Of a stretch of DNA of 64,000 nucleotides, positions 26,153 to 40,158 are shown one piece after another. The notes under the pieces were generated by a model that did not search any database, was not told the origin of the DNA, and saw nothing but the letters and a program-made list of their open reading frames with translations. The position numbers and the translations under genes are program-made. Positions within the stretch are counted from its first letter, which is position 1. Every line of letters starts with the position of its first letter. Source of the stretch: Azolla caroliniana (taxonomy: Eukaryota > Plantae > Polypodiophyta); the NCBI GenBank assembly GCA_043228905.1, contig JBHGNT010000011.1, positions 10,044,001-10,108,000 on the forward strand, written 5' to 3'.

Positions 26153-28299
26153 CGGGGTCCAAAGTCAGAGCCGGTAAGGCATACCATACTGCTGTCTCAT
26201 CAAACTCAACATCTCGGCTAACTCGAACCTGCTTCGTCTGAGGGTTATAACACTTATACCCCTTTTGCTCATGCGAGTAACCGACCAGGATGCATTTCTC
26301 CGACTTTGCATCCAACTTCCTCCACTTCTCATCCAGCACATGCACATATGCAATGCTACCGAATATCCGAAGGTGTCTCAAATTCGGCTTGCGTCTGAAA
26401 TATAGCTCATGCGTGGACACCTTGTCACCGATCCAGTTTTGGATGTAGACGGCCGTCCGGACTGGCTCCGCCCAGTAGAAATGAGGCATGCTCTTCTCCT
26501 CCAGTATTGCCCTTGCCGCATCGACAATTGACCGGTTCTTCCTCTCTGCCACACCGTTTTGCTCCGGTGTGTATTTGCAGCTGAACTCTCTCCGAATTCC
26601 TTTTTGCTATAGATAACTGTTGAATTGGCCGGAAAAATATTCTTTTCCGCCATCCGACCGCAAGCACTTGATCTTCCTCTCCGTCTCCTGTTCAACCAAG
26701 CTTTGCAGGATCCGGAAACACTTGAAGACTTCTCTCTTCCTCTCAATGAGGTAGATCCATGTGTGCCGACTATAGTCGTCAATGAAGGAGACGAAATACC
26801 GACTCTCGCGAAGACTAACGTTCTGTGCCAGTCCCCATACATCCGAATGAATAAGGTCGAGCTTGTTACGGCTATGGTTTTGTTCGGTGGGGAATGGAAG
26901 CCGGTGTTGCTTCCCGAGTTGACAGGCTTCACATATTTGGGCCTTCTGGCCACTGAACTTCGGCAAACCGAAAACAACTTGTTCCGTTTTCAGGTCTTGA
27001 AGCCTCCGGTAATTGACGTGGCCAATCCACTTATGCTAGAGATCGATATCCGATTCAATCTTCTGTCCTTTGGCGAACAAAGTGGTGCTGACGTCATTGG
27101 TGTCGAGGATAAACATCCTCCCGTCTCTGCGCCCTTGTGCAATGATTTGGCCCTCTTCCTCGATGAAGCCCCCAAGGTGCGTAAACCGCACCTGCATCCC
27201 TTGGTCCACAATTTGTCCAACCGACACCAGGTTCTTCGTGATGGTCGGAATGTGTAATACGTTCATCAGCTTCACCCTCTGTCCGATGTGGCTCAAAGAA
27301 AGTGGTCTTCTTCATCGAGTTAGCCTCGTGTTTCATCACCAAGATTGGCCCTTTACTGGCTTTTCCAGGTTTTGGATCCTCCCAATCCTTCTACGTAGTG
27401 CGAGTATTGTCGGTTGTCTCTACCGGCCTTGCCGGATCCGGATCTGTCCGAATCGGTGCGCTTCTTCCAACACTCGCTTTCTTTGTGGCCCTTTTTACCA
27501 CAGTACTAACATTCCGTGTCAACCTTTGCTTGCCGGCCTTCGGCGCCGCCTTGACTCCCCCTCTTTGTGGAGGGTCAGGAATTGCTGTCAGCACTTTCTC
27601 TATGCCTTCGTTAATGCTCTCGCCGGTCGCTACCATTGCGAGCCGACCCGCTTGTCCACCACGCCCACGGGGACGATCCGCCTCCGTGTACATCATCTGG
27701 CTGTCGGTGGGTGCACTTGTTGACACACCGGCGTCGTTCTCCTCTATAAGGAGCATTGACTGTAAGTTGAAAAATGACGGTGTATTCTCCCTTGTACACA
27801 CAACAGTTCAGAACAATCCGAACTTTGACGCCAAACCTCCGAGACAGATTTGCACCATATCGGCTTCTTCGATATTCACATCGATGGAGGCCAAAGAATC
27901 GCAAATGTCCTTGATTTTGGAGGTGTATTCTGCCATCGTCAAGTTGCGTTGTCGTAGGTTGCTTAGCTCTTGTTGGAGTTGAAGCTTCCTGGTTGTAGTG
28001 CTTGCGGCGAAAATCTTCTTCAGATTTACCCAAGCATCTTTCGGCGTTTTTGCATCCCGAATGTAGTTTAGGAGTTGTCCGCCCACACAAGACGCGAAGC
28101 AATATAGTACTATGCTCGCCGAGTGTTCCCACACCGGGAAATCTCTGTGTGTCGATTCGGGTGCTGTGTCATTTGCTCCGTCGACATAACTCCAGTAACC
28201 GTGCCCGAGCAAATACTGGTGCATCTTGTAGGACCAAGACGCGTAGTTGTTTCTGTCGAGCTTCTCAGTAGGAAGTGAGCTAGCCATGCCTCTATCCAT
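26153..28299 (-). pseudogene. gag-pol: Copia 1 gag and integrase fragments
   Basis: KLDRNNYASWSYKM; IHSDVWG; LRSDGGKEY; AERKNRS; KLDAKSEKC. Confidence 0.92.
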
Positions 28300-28767
28300 T
28301 TGTTTTTTTTTTCTTGGTTTGTTTTCTTTTCAAGCTATGTCGGCTGCAGAGGTTCTCAACCCTCGCGCTCTGATACCATGTAAAAGAACAGCGTGTGGAA
28401 GCAAATAGAAAACCGAACACAGAAACACAGGTTTAATGGAGATTTTAGGATAAACATAGTACACGGGAGAGACAGAGAGAGAATGCACACAAACTCAATT
28501 CAAAAAAAATACTCAGTCTGTACATCGTATGTGTTCAGTGAACACTTTTATACAAGTCCATATGGACTGACAGAAGTACGGTGTACTTCAATGCTCACAC
28601 AAGCGTCTGACACTAACTATGAGACATTAACTTCCTAGTAGTCTAGGATGCTACTAGGCTTCAGGTTACTGATGGATCCGGCTAACCGGCTCCCCAGTTC
28701 ACCGGCTCACCAATCCGGCTCATCCTTCCGGATGCCGATCCGGATCCGGTTGAGCTTGCCGCTCAAA

Positions 28768-29494
28768 ATGTCACATAGGGATAGAGGATGAGCATCACTT
28801 TACATGTAAGTGTCCACCTTATGTCGATATAAGGGCGAAATACCAAGACATGCTAGGGCCCTCTCTCACCCTCTCCAAGCTATTAGATACACGGATATAA
28901 AGAGACTAGGTAGGTATATCTTAGAGTTAAAACAACATAGGGAGAATAAATTACAAAGTGTTAACGATAACCCTTTTAATATCCACCAATATGAAACTAA
29001 TGTAATTTTTCAGGAACAAGGGGAGACAATAAATGTGGACACACCTACGCCACTCGACCTCTCTCTTGATGAAGCGAAAATGCAAAGAACAACCAAATGC
29101 CCTCGGATGTTGGGCTTCAACGCAACTCGACACGGAGCAGAAATGATTAAGAAGATAAGGGAACATGAGCTACACCGCCTAGAAGCTATGGTTGGGGTAC
29201 CTATTGCATTGGGACCATAGGCCACATCCACATCGAAACCCTTTGACCTCCTGCTTCTTTACGAGAGACTTGGATGGAAATGAAACTAGGCCTAGTATAA
29301 AGCCATTTCCTTATAGAACATGTTTTTTTTACTAGAACCATTTAACTTAAGCTCTATTTAATTTTGTTTTGTTTTAAATATTGTTTCTTTCAATGAATGG
29401 GTAAATACCCCATTTTTGTTGTAAACCAATTGTCTCATGGGCCAAATTTGGCCTTAGAAGATGTTAATATGTCTTTCTTTATTTCTTTCTTTCT

Positions 29495-29534
<40 letters not shown>
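28768..29534 (+). mobile_element. LINE 1 3' end: cysteine-rich C-terminus, 3' UTR and (CTTT)/(CT) tail
   Basis: CHIGIEDEHHFTCKC continues the RLCRL motif broken at 17823; tail at 29473-29534. Confidence 0.82.
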
Positions 29535-29536
<2 letters not shown>

Positions 29537-30233
29537 TCTCTCGTGAATCCCACACACTCCCTTCCTCTTATTACTAATTGTAAAGAATCGGATATGATTC
29601 TTGTTAAGCGGAAGAGATGTGAGTTATGTGTGTGTATGAGAGAGTGAGAGAGAGTGAGAGAGATAAGGAGTAAGACACAGAGAATACGCAAGGTAAAAGT
29701 ATATTAACAAAGGAGGAAGACTTCACTTAATACAAGGTGGGAGGAGGGTGCTTTATATAGTCACCCTCTCTCTTCATTAACTACAAGACTCATGGAGCAT
29801 GGGGAATGTGAAAGCTCATAAGTTGTGTGTCATAGAATATGATTCTATGACTCATACTAAATGCTAGAATACAAAGAGGTGACATAATGGTGACTCTTGA
29901 CCCTTGGAGTGTCTATTCACTCTCAAGGTGAGTTCACACACTAGACCAAGTTGAGCTTGATTCTCAACACGCCCCCTCAAGCTCAAGTCGGGTCGGTTTC
30001 AGACGGTATCCGAAATCCGCTTCGACTCGCGTTTCGGAGTTCGCGTCGACTCGCATTTATGCGGAGTTGCAGAATCCGTGCTCCAGCTTGTGTTGTGCGT
30101 AGTTGCGAAGTCTGTGCTTCGGCTTGCGTCTTTCTTCGCGGCTTTGCGCGGTAGATTGGCTCTGCGGCTTCATTGCGTGGTTGCGTAATACACACGTTCT
30201 TGCATAGTGTGCGCGGCTTGCGGAATCCACGCG

Positions 30234-33200
30234 TTATTGCGTAATGTATTCAGTACTCCCCCTCAAGCTTGGCAGGTCAGGGATCCTCAATCCGAGATTG
30301 GTCATGAATTGCCATAGCTTGTCGGCTCCTAAGGCTTTAGTGAAGATGTCGGCTGTTTGAAGATTGGTGCTAATGTGTTGTAGGTCGACATCGCCAACTA
30401 GAACATGCTCTCGGATGAACTGATAGTGCACTTCGATGTGATTTTTCCGCACGTGGAACACTGGGTTCCAAGCCAGATCGATACTGCTCATGTTGTCGCA
30501 GTAAAGGGAAGTCGGATCCTTGATGGGTACGCCCATATCCTTCAAAACCCTTTTGAGCCATACGGTTCCACACGCAGCTACGGCTGTGCCCCTGTATTCT
30601 GCCTCCGTACTCAAAAGAGCGACGATAGGTTGCTTCTTGCTACTCCAGGATATTGCTCCGCTACCGAGGGAGAAAATGTAGCCGGCCCAATCGGCGTCTG
30701 TGTACCCCTCGAGTCGTATTGGCATCGCGGTCTAGTAGAGGATTCCGCAATCCATTGTGCCGCTCACGTATCATAGAACTCACTTAGCGCAATCCAAGTG
30801 AGTATCACACGGTGTTTGCATGAATTGATTAAGGAGACCGATTGGATAACTGAGATCGGGTGATCGTGAGGTAGATGAGACTCCCGATGAGTTGCCGATT
30901 GTCAAGACTGAGAGAGAGAAAGAGAGAGAAAAAGAGATAGAGAGATAATTGAAAGAGAATTATTATATTGAAGCGTAAAATGGATTACAAAGAGTAGGCT
31001 ACAAAATGGCGTTGAACCAATTTGGGTTTGGGATGGGTGGTAGATCCCTATTTATAAGTAATACAGAACACTCTAGAATATTCTAGGTTATCCTAGAATG
31101 TAGAGTAATCTAGAAGATCTCTAGAGTATTCTAGAAGGTTCTAGTGGTATAGAACACTCTAGAATATTCTAGGTCATTCTAGAATGTAGAGTAATATAGA
31201 ATATTCCTATGATATTAGATTTCATATTCTAAAGACTATACATATAAGAATATTAATACAATGGTTAAGGATTTGACATGTGTACAACAAGGTTGTGGGT
31301 TCAAATCCTTTCGAGTCATAATGTGAGTGTCATGATCCCTTCCATGCATGATGTGACTGTTATCATGATACCGATACTGAGTCGACTCACACACTTTGGT
31401 GCCGGAGTTCGCATCTAGTATGAGATTGCGATCGAGCAGGGTTGTCGCGGATTTGCACTCAGCCATACCGAACTTGTATAACAAGTTGAGGATGTAGTGC
31501 CGTTGAGATATCATGATTCCGGCCGGAGTCCGAATTACCTCGATGCCGAGGAAGTAGTGGAGCTCCTTCATGTCCGTCATCTCGAACTTGTCGGAAAGGA
31601 GGTATTTGACCTTATTGATTTAGACGAGATGCTCACCTCCAATGACTAGGTCATCCACATATAAGATGATGACGATCGGACTTGCGGAATCGCTTCGTAT
31701 GTAGGGGGAGTTGTCCGATTTTGACATACGGAAGCCGATTTGATGAAGATATTGCGTTATTTTTGAATGCCAAGCACGCAGTGCTTGCTTGAGGCCGTAG
31801 AGTGGCTTCTTGAGTCGGCATACAACCTTCGGATGGGTGCTCGAGTTGAAGCCGGGTGGTTGTATCATATACACCTCCTCTTCTAATTCGCCTTATAGAA
31901 AGGCGTTCTTGACGTCCATTTGATGGAGGTGCCACCCTTTCACTGCAGCAAGCGCAATTACGGTTCGTACCATCATCATCTTTGCCACAGGTCTCTTCGT
32001 AGTCAACGACGTGCGTTTGTGCGTAGCCTTTCGCTACGAGTCGCGCTTTGTAGTGGTTGACGGAACCATCGGTGTTGTACTTCACTTTGTAAATCCATCT
32101 GCATCTGATCCCCTTTTTGTATGGTGAGGTAGGAACGAGATCCCACGTCTTGTTCTTGCATAATGCCTACATCTCCTCGTTCATTGCTTCGATCCATCAC
32201 GGGTCCTTCGCGGCTTCAGGAAAGGTTTCCGGCTCCCGTACTGTCGCTACCTTCATCATAAAGGAGTAATGGTACGCCATATAATCGTTGTAGCCGAATT
32301 GGCTTACGGGGTTCTTTTCACGGGTGGATCGGCGGAGCTTTTCATTTGCAGAGATGAGGGCTTTCTTAGCTCCGATTGGTACATTGAAGCCGCCGAACTC
32401 ACTGTCGAGTGAGTGAGTCGACTCATCGTCGTCTAAGCGATCGTCTACGTATTCCGCCATTTTCGCCTTGCCTTTGTCCATCTTCGAGCTAGGCCGTGAT
32501 GTGCTTTAATCGCCCAAAGGCTCTTGTGGTCCACTCAGTCGGGTCGTGATCGGACTTTCTTCGAACATGCGCGTAAGGCGATCTTCATCCACTATCTCTA
32601 GTTCGGCGGATTCTAGATCGAGCGGAGTTGGAGTTGGAGTTGTCTCTAGTGCGTACCAGGATGCGGACTCGTCAAAAACGATGTCACGACTTACTCGAGA
32701 TTTTCGAGTTAAGGGGTTGTAGCACTTGTACCCCTTTTGCTCGAGTGAGTATCCTACGAGGATACTTTTCTCCGACTTTGGGTCAAGCTTTTGACACTTC
32801 TCATCGGGGATGTGCACGTACGCTATCACGCCGAATATCCGGGTGTGCGATAAGTTCGGCTTCTTTCCGAAGTATTTTTCGTGCGGAGTGACCTCGTGCA
32901 CGCCGGATTTTGTGCACCGGTTCATTAGGTAGACGGTCGTATTTGCAGCTTTGGCCCAATATGACTTGGGCATATGCTTCTCATTCATCATGGCCCATGC
33001 TACTTTGAGAATGTGCCGATTTTTGCGCTCGGCTAGCCCGTTTTGTTGCGGAGTGTGTCGGCAATTCAATTCTCGTCGAATTCCTTCCTTTCGGAGATAC
33101 GCCGTGAAATCGTCCAAGAAGTACTCCTTGCCGCCATCCGATTGGAGACATCATACATGTCGGCCCGTGGCTTTCTCGTCTTCATTCTTGAATTTTTGGA

Positions 33201-34407
33201 AGTGTCCAAACACTTCGCTCTTTTGCCGCATCAGATAGATCCAAGTGTGCCTAGAAAAGTTGTCGATTAAGAGCACGTAATATTGGCATCCGCCGAATGT
33301 AGCCGTCTGCGCCGGTCCCCATACGTCGGAATGAACTACGTCGAGTAGACCTTTGCTCACGTTCCGCTCTTTCAGGAATGGGTGTCGGTGTTGCTTGCCG
33401 AATTGGCACGCTTCGCATACACCTTCAATCTCCTTCTCTTTGAATGTTGGGAGTCCGATGACGACTCCTTTCGATTTAATTACTTTGAGTTTGTTGAGAT
33501 TGATGTGGCCGATTCGCTTGTGCCATAGATCTATGTCGGAGTTGGCTTTCATGCTTTTCGCGAACATTGAAGATTTCATCTCATGTGAATCGAGAATGAA
33601 CATCCGGCCCTCTCTTCTTCCGCGTGCGATGATTCGGCCTTCTTTTTCGATGAAGCACCCTTCTTGGTTGAATCGTACTTGCATCCCTTGCTCAACCATT
33701 TGGCCGACCGAGACCAAATTCTTCGTGATGGTGGGAACATGCAAGACATTTTTAATGTATGTTTGCTTACCTCTTTCGCCGAACGGAACATTGCCGATGT
33801 GCCGAATCGGGTGCATAGCGTCATCTCCGGTTTCGACATAACCGGGTTGCTCCGGCTCTCGAAGTTCGAGAAACCATTCTTTATGGGATGTCATATAGTT
33901 TGAGGCTCCAGAGTTAACAAACCATACGTCCTTTGGATTGAGGGCACTAGTTGAGGTAGAGGCCGACATAGAGTTTGCTCTATGTTTCATCATGAACATT
34001 CCGCCACGGTGGGAGTTGTGTGCATACATTCCGCCACGATCTTCGTAGTCGGAGTTGTTCCCGTACATTCCAATATATTCTTCGAAGTCGGAATTGTGCG
34101 CGTAATTCGTGAGTTGTCGGCTTGTGGAAGCCAATTCACGCATCTTCTTTCGGCACTCTTCTTCGTGGTGGCCGAGTTTTCCGCAATATCCACATCCAAG
34201 CTTTCCACAATATCCGCATTCGGTTACATTTTGACGGCTTGTGCTTGGCCGAATCGGCCTCTCGACCGTTCGCGTCCTCTTCCTCCGTTCAAGTGCGTGT
34301 AGATCATGTGGCCTTCCGACTCATTGCTCCTTGTACGCACATGGTTTTCTTCGACCAATAGCATTGATTGGAGCTCGAAGAAGGAGGGAGATTTCTCTCG
34401 TGCTAGA
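30234..34407 (-). pseudogene. pol: Copia 2 PR-INT-RT-RH fragments
   Basis: [51 protein letters not shown]. Confidence 0.92.
30900..31370 (-). mobile_element. Solo LTR rich in TCTAGA repeats
   Basis: TGTCA...TGATA; TSD CCGAT at 30895-30899 and 31371-31375; TATA on the minus strand near 31050. Confidence 0.88.
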
Positions 34408-35165
34408 ACGGTGTCGCGTTGTTACACGCGTGCGTGGGGAAACGAAGCGGGACCACCGGGGTCTTGGACCGAGAAATAGCTGAGAAGGAGGAGAGCGGAA
34501 AGGAAACAGACGAACTTGCACACGCACAGACATGGGAGCACACAGGAATCACAGTCCAACAACACAGTCAAACGAGACGACTAGAAGCCCGAGTATATGA
34601 ACACGTATGTATATAAATATATATATATATATCGAGACGGTTACAACTAACAGGCCGGCAAGGCGAACACCGACGCTTGTTCACTCACACACAGAAGAGC
34701 GAGATGGAGACTCTACCGGAAGCACACGGGCGTTCCACGGAGCAGAGTCAGCCTCCCGAAAACCTGCGCAAAAATGGCTATGGAGAGTGGCAGAGGAGAA
34801 GGGCTCGGTCCCAGTCCGGCAACACTTTGTCCTCTCTAACGTGCGATCCCTTTTTCATTCCTCTCCCTCTCTTTTATAGCCCAAGGAGGGAGGCCGTTAT
34901 CATCCCTTACATCACATTAATTCTCTCCCTATTGAATGCGTGCTACCTAGGATTTCACCTCAGCCGACTTGTACCTACCTACTTACTATACAATGAAAAG
35001 TGTGCTCGCGTGTAAGGGCCGGTTTACACACGCTAAACTCGGTTTCCGCCTAGGGACGGTTTTCTTCACGACATCCGCCCCCAGCTAACCGCGCATCCAC
35101 CGGTATGCGCCAAAATCGGCTCTTGCTGGAGAAAACCGGTCCATGCTTTACTCCTCGTCTTCCAG

Positions 35166-38031
35166 TTAGTCATCTGCCTCGGACCGCCCGTCGCCGCCAT
35201 CCATGCTTTTCAGATCCGGCTCGCACTCGTGTCGTTTCTTAAACGATTTGACCCTCTTCCCCGCTATCGGTATTGCCATCCTCGTGCCGTCGAGCTCCGC
35301 AATATTGTAGGTCCCGTTGTCATTGGCGCCTATCACCACGTAAGGCCCGAACCACCTCCTTGCAAACTTCCGCGTTGCCCTGTGTTGGTTGTCGAGGCTG
35401 CTGTCATACACTAGGACCCAGTCGCCTTCCTCGATTTTCTTCGGTCGTAGTCAGTGAGTCCGGTCAAACCGCCCTTTGTTCTTCAACCTTGCCAACCGAA
35501 GCTTCTCAGCGGCTCGTTCCACGTCCTCCGGCCTTCGCTCGAGTTGTCGAATCCGTGCCACTAGCAGCTCCTCCCGGCTCATCTCATCTCCCTAGTCCAC
35601 CATGGCCCATGAGGAGATGGTTCGCTCTGTTGGCATGATCGGTCTCCGTCTGTACATAAGCTCTGCCGACATGAACCCGGTTACCGAACTGTGCGTAGTT
35701 CGGTCCGCCCACAAGGCATAAGGTAGCAGTCGCGGCCAGTTCCCGACTTGGCCTTCACACGCTCGTACTAGCGCTCTGGATTGTACGCTGTGGTGAGAGA
35801 GATTTTGACCCCTAGTTGGTCAAACAACTTTTCAGCCTCTTGCGCGTCCAACTCTCCGCGGTCAGCCACGATCTTCCCTACGCTCCCGTACCGGCATATC
35901 ACGTCCTTGATCAGAAACCAGCACACAACCGTGGTCGTTTTGTTCTACAGTGCTCGGCCTTAAACCTGGTTCGTCAGATCCTCCCAAGCCAGCACCAGAT
36001 ATTGCATCTGTCCTACCCCCATCGACATCGTCACCAAATCCACCATCCATTTGAAGTGAACGGTCAGAGGGTAGGTTGGGTGAAGCTCGTCCCGGTGTCG
36101 GACTATGGAGTGCATCTGACAGCTTTCGCAAGTCGTCACGAACCGATGCACGTCCCGGTACAGTCCCTGCCACCAGCACGTTCCACGATGTCCGGCCCAG
36201 GGACTCTCATGGTAGGCCTCCAACAACTCCTCATGTTCCTCCTTCTTCGCCACCACTCAGAGCGGGATGTTGTCCCTCTTGTTCGGGTGCTTCCATATGT
36301 ACCCGTCCCGAAGGAAGAATCGGTACGCTTTCTTCCGGATCCTGTTGGTCTCTTCCTTTGTCCACACCGCGTCCGGTGTCATTGTTTTCAGGAGCCCACC
36401 AATCTTGAGCCACTCCCCGTCATACTTGCTCTCGCCGAATTCGTTAAGCGCCGGAGTGCTCCCCTTTCTGGTCGTCATGTATGCCGCCCTTTCTTCAATA
36501 GCCCGTAGAGCGGCACCGCAACATGCGCGTAGTGCGGAACCCAGATGTGGTAGAACGCGCATGCCCCCAAGAATCTGCGGACCTCCGTAACTGACCCGCA
36601 GTCGTCCTTCATCGCGGAGATGGCTTCTACATTTGCCGGAGACGGTTTCCTACCATAAGGCCCGCAGAGGTGTCTGACCACCAAGATCTCTGACTTCCCG
36701 AACGCCGATTTTTCTCCGGAGAAGGTGAGTCGTGCGCTCCCGAGCATCTGCAGCACCTTCTCGTAGTTGTCGATGTGGTTCGCGAAGAACCTCTGGCATC
36801 CGTCCGTCCCGACAGTCTCGTCTGCATCTTCCACCGGACACCCCTTTATCGGGATGTCATCCAAGAATGGCATGATGATGTTCGGGATGCAGTCCCTCAG
36901 CACTTTGTTCATTGCGTTCACCATATGCGCCACCGAGTTCGTCCCGCCTTGTGGTAGGGTACACATCCGTATTAGACCGAGAGGGGTTCGCATCGTCGTG
37001 ATATCCCTACTCTCCACGGCTAGCTGGAACTAGTCGTACCCCAAGTATAAGTCACTGACCGAATAGACCGACCTCCTAGCGAAGGCCTCCGCGAACTCGT
37101 CTATGGTTGGTCCAATTCCTGCATTACGGATGGTCACCCTGTTGACCAGTTGCAGGTCCTGAATGAAGTGCAGCGTGCCGTTCTTCTTTGGCACCGTAAA
37201 CCACTGATTCGAATACGGGGCACTCGACGGTTCGAGGATGCCCATCTCCACCTTTTGCTTCAGAAGCTCCATCAACTTCGGGATGTGAGCTCTCGGCACC
37301 AAAATCGGTTTGAGATTCCACGGTACATGTGGTACCGTGAAGATCACCATCGGTTCGACGATCGTCGGGTCCAGGCACCCGATCTCCTCCGGCGAGAACG
37401 CGAAGGCTTTCCCATGCCTTTCGAGCATTCTTCAAAACCTATTCTCCTCCGCCGGCAATAGAAAACGACCCCCACTGACCTTGAGCTCCCATAGCGTTAT
37501 GTCGGTGAACCGGTGCCCTATGCCTGCCGGGTTCCGTAAACTTGGGTCCGACGCGACTCCTTTTATCCGCTCCTCGCTGCCCTCCGGCAAGGGGGCCGCG
37601 ACCGGCCTTACCTTCTGGTCCATAGTCTTGTACTTTGTACTCACGCAGGCCGTCCGATCCGACCCGATCCTTTCCCCGAAGTCCGCGATGACTTCGCACA
37701 TTCCCATTGAACCTACCGGAATGGTCCGGTCTTCTCAAAGGTCTTCACCGATCACCTTTCGCAACTCGCCCAAAGTGTCGTCAAAAGAGACCGCCTCCAC
37801 GGCGCCGCTGATCTCTTCGTCGGGGGAGAGGACTCCGCATCCCCTGAGCTGCTCCTCCGCTCGCTTCCTTTCCCAGCCGATGACGCCGGCCATAGTACAA
37901 CCTCCGTTGTCGGAGAACCAAAATTTCTTACCTATGGTACAGGTCTTCTTCCGTATTGTACATTTGTGGGGTTTTTCCGGGGTGTCCGGACTATCGCGGC
38001 CCCACGCCTTGATAGCCCTCTCTAAAAATCC
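35166..38031 (-). pseudogene. pol: Gypsy 2 pol (RT and integrase) fragments
   Basis: WFTVPKKNG, PFLDDIP, GHRG, RRWFGPYVV; jumps from LLKKGR to the integrase linker near 36480. Confidence 0.9.
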
Positions 38032-40158
38032 CCTCGGGTTTCGCCATCGAGGGTCTCGCAGTTACGCTCATGGTTTGGTCGCACCGTCAGGAACTAGACC
38101 GAGTGACGCCCGTCCTGGCTCTTGACTCTCGCATAGGCCGAACCGTTGTCCAGCACCTTGGTCTCCATCCATCCCTCCGTGATGTATGGTTCTCCTAGTA
38201 TAACCGGATGTGAGGACGTCTCCTCCGCGAAGAAGTGCTGGTTGATCTCGACATCGCCGATTTTCACTCGTACGTTCGGGCAGGCTCCATGTAGTTCTTC
38301 CATGGCGCACGTCGCTGCTCGTATTTTCCAGCCGTGTTTGGTGTTGATCGGCCATTTCCCCTTTTTGTAGAAGTCCATGGACATCAAGTTGATTTCTGAA
38401 CCGTGGTCCACCAACGCCACCACCGGCTCCTGGACATCCCCGATCTTAACAGGGGTCTCTGTGGTCGCTCTGGCCCAGTGCGGCCTCGAATAGTGGCTTT
38501 CCGCCAACTCGTCTTCTAGCGCCATGTCCTCTATGTGCGTCGTTTGCACTTCCACCGGCTTCTCTGGATCTGGCTCTATCGACAACCTCTTCCTCTTCAC
38601 CAAGTCTACGATGGAGTCGTGGAACTCCTTCTTGGCGATCCCGAGCACTTCCCTCAGCGACAGCTCCAGTTTGTTGTCGAGGATACGTTCCTCCAGGACC
38701 TTTCGCAGGTTCGTGGTCCTTTCGATTTCCGTGCTCAACCGGTACCCGGCCTTCTTGGCTTTATCCGGTGCGCCAGTCGCACCAGCCTCATTCTACCTTT
38801 GACCGAATCGGGTCTCGTACCATTGCGAGGGCCCAGCCCCTCCGGTTTTACCTACTCGCTTGTCTTCCACTAGAGCCTCGTAGTTTTGGCATGCGGCTTC
38901 AACGAAGCCCGTCTTCTCTTCGACCGGGTCGCTCCACCCGGTTACCTCCCGGACCCGTTTTTCCGCGCGGTCCGCTTCTTCTTTCCTTAGCCGTGCGCTG
39001 GTGAGGCCTTCTAGCATCAGCGGCCAGAATCCGGCTTCGTTCGTCTTCCGGGCCTCACCACCTCCGACCCAGATCCCAACCGACGCCAAGTAGTGGATGG
39101 TCTCCGCGTGGCGAGTCGTCGCTTTTTCCATTAGTCGTTTCATACCCCCTCGTCCGACATTCAGGTCCAGGGCCCTTCGGGTCGCGCTAGCGTGCACCCG
39201 ACCGTTCCATAGGTACACCACGTTGGCTCTCATTGCCTTGGCGAAGTCCCCACAGTCCTTCCGAACATGGCCGACCGCGTCGCACCACAAACACCAGTTT
39301 CCAGCCAGAGGCCTTCGGTCACGGGCCTATTCGCCGTCGTCCCTCCGTGCCTGCACAATCTGGAGGTCCTTTACCATCCTAGTCAGCTCCTCTAGAGCTA
39401 CTCCTCCGGACGAGCCTTTGACCATGCCGGTCGAAGTCGATGCGGTCTCGAGCTAGTCTCGGGTCTCTTCCCTTCGCGCTGGCAGGGTTGGCTCGAGTTT
39501 CCTTGCTGCTACAGAGCCCGCCCCTGTTGACCCTTTATCGACCCAATCTCACTGTTTGTCGAAACGGTCACAGACTCTCTTCACTATGGCCCAGTCGGCC
39601 GTCAGCCCGTCATCAATCTCCAGTAGGAGACCCACTTGCTCCCGGTCCCTCGCATCCACCGATTTAATGAACAACAGGATGCGACTTGTGTCTAGTACGG
39701 TCCGGTCGAGTGCCGAAAGACGCGCGAGGCGTTCTTCAAACTCCCAGAGGAGCACCAACGCGTTTCTCCCCTTTTCGGGGGTCTCTACCCATTCCATGAA
39801 GTCCCGTTTCGAGAGCCGAAGCGCGTCCTCAAGCCCGTATTTTTCGAGGAGCCGACCTTCAAACTCCCAGGTCCGGCTCTCGGCCCATACCTTAAGCACC
39901 TCCGCATGGATGCCCGGCATCGCCACCCGAGGGAGCCCGGTCAGTCGCCTTTCTTCCGGAATGTCTCTCATTACCATCTAGGCCCGGTAGGCCTCCAAAT
40001 AGCTTGTGGCGTCCTTCCCACCGAACCTGCCTATCGTGCCGACGACCACTTCAATTGCCCTATCGAGCGCGCCTGCGCCTTCGCACGCACTCACTATCCG
40101 ATCCACAGCCGAAGCCATGGCTTCCGCGAGATCCGACCCCCTCATCTTTCTATTCCTA
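38022..40158 (-). pseudogene. gag: Gypsy 2 gag-protease fragments
   Basis: CLWCDAVGHVRKDC knuckle; ALVDHGSEIN protease; ends G GAT TTT TAG. Confidence 0.88.

Larger units (their letters stand above)
17824..28767 (-). mobile_element. Ty1/Copia element 1, degenerate, inserted in LINE 1
   Basis: LTRs 17824-18238 and 28379-~28767 (right end eroded, TSD lost); iMet PBS 28367-28378; PPT 18239-18245; gag, INT, RT and RH fragments on the minus strand. Confidence 0.93.
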
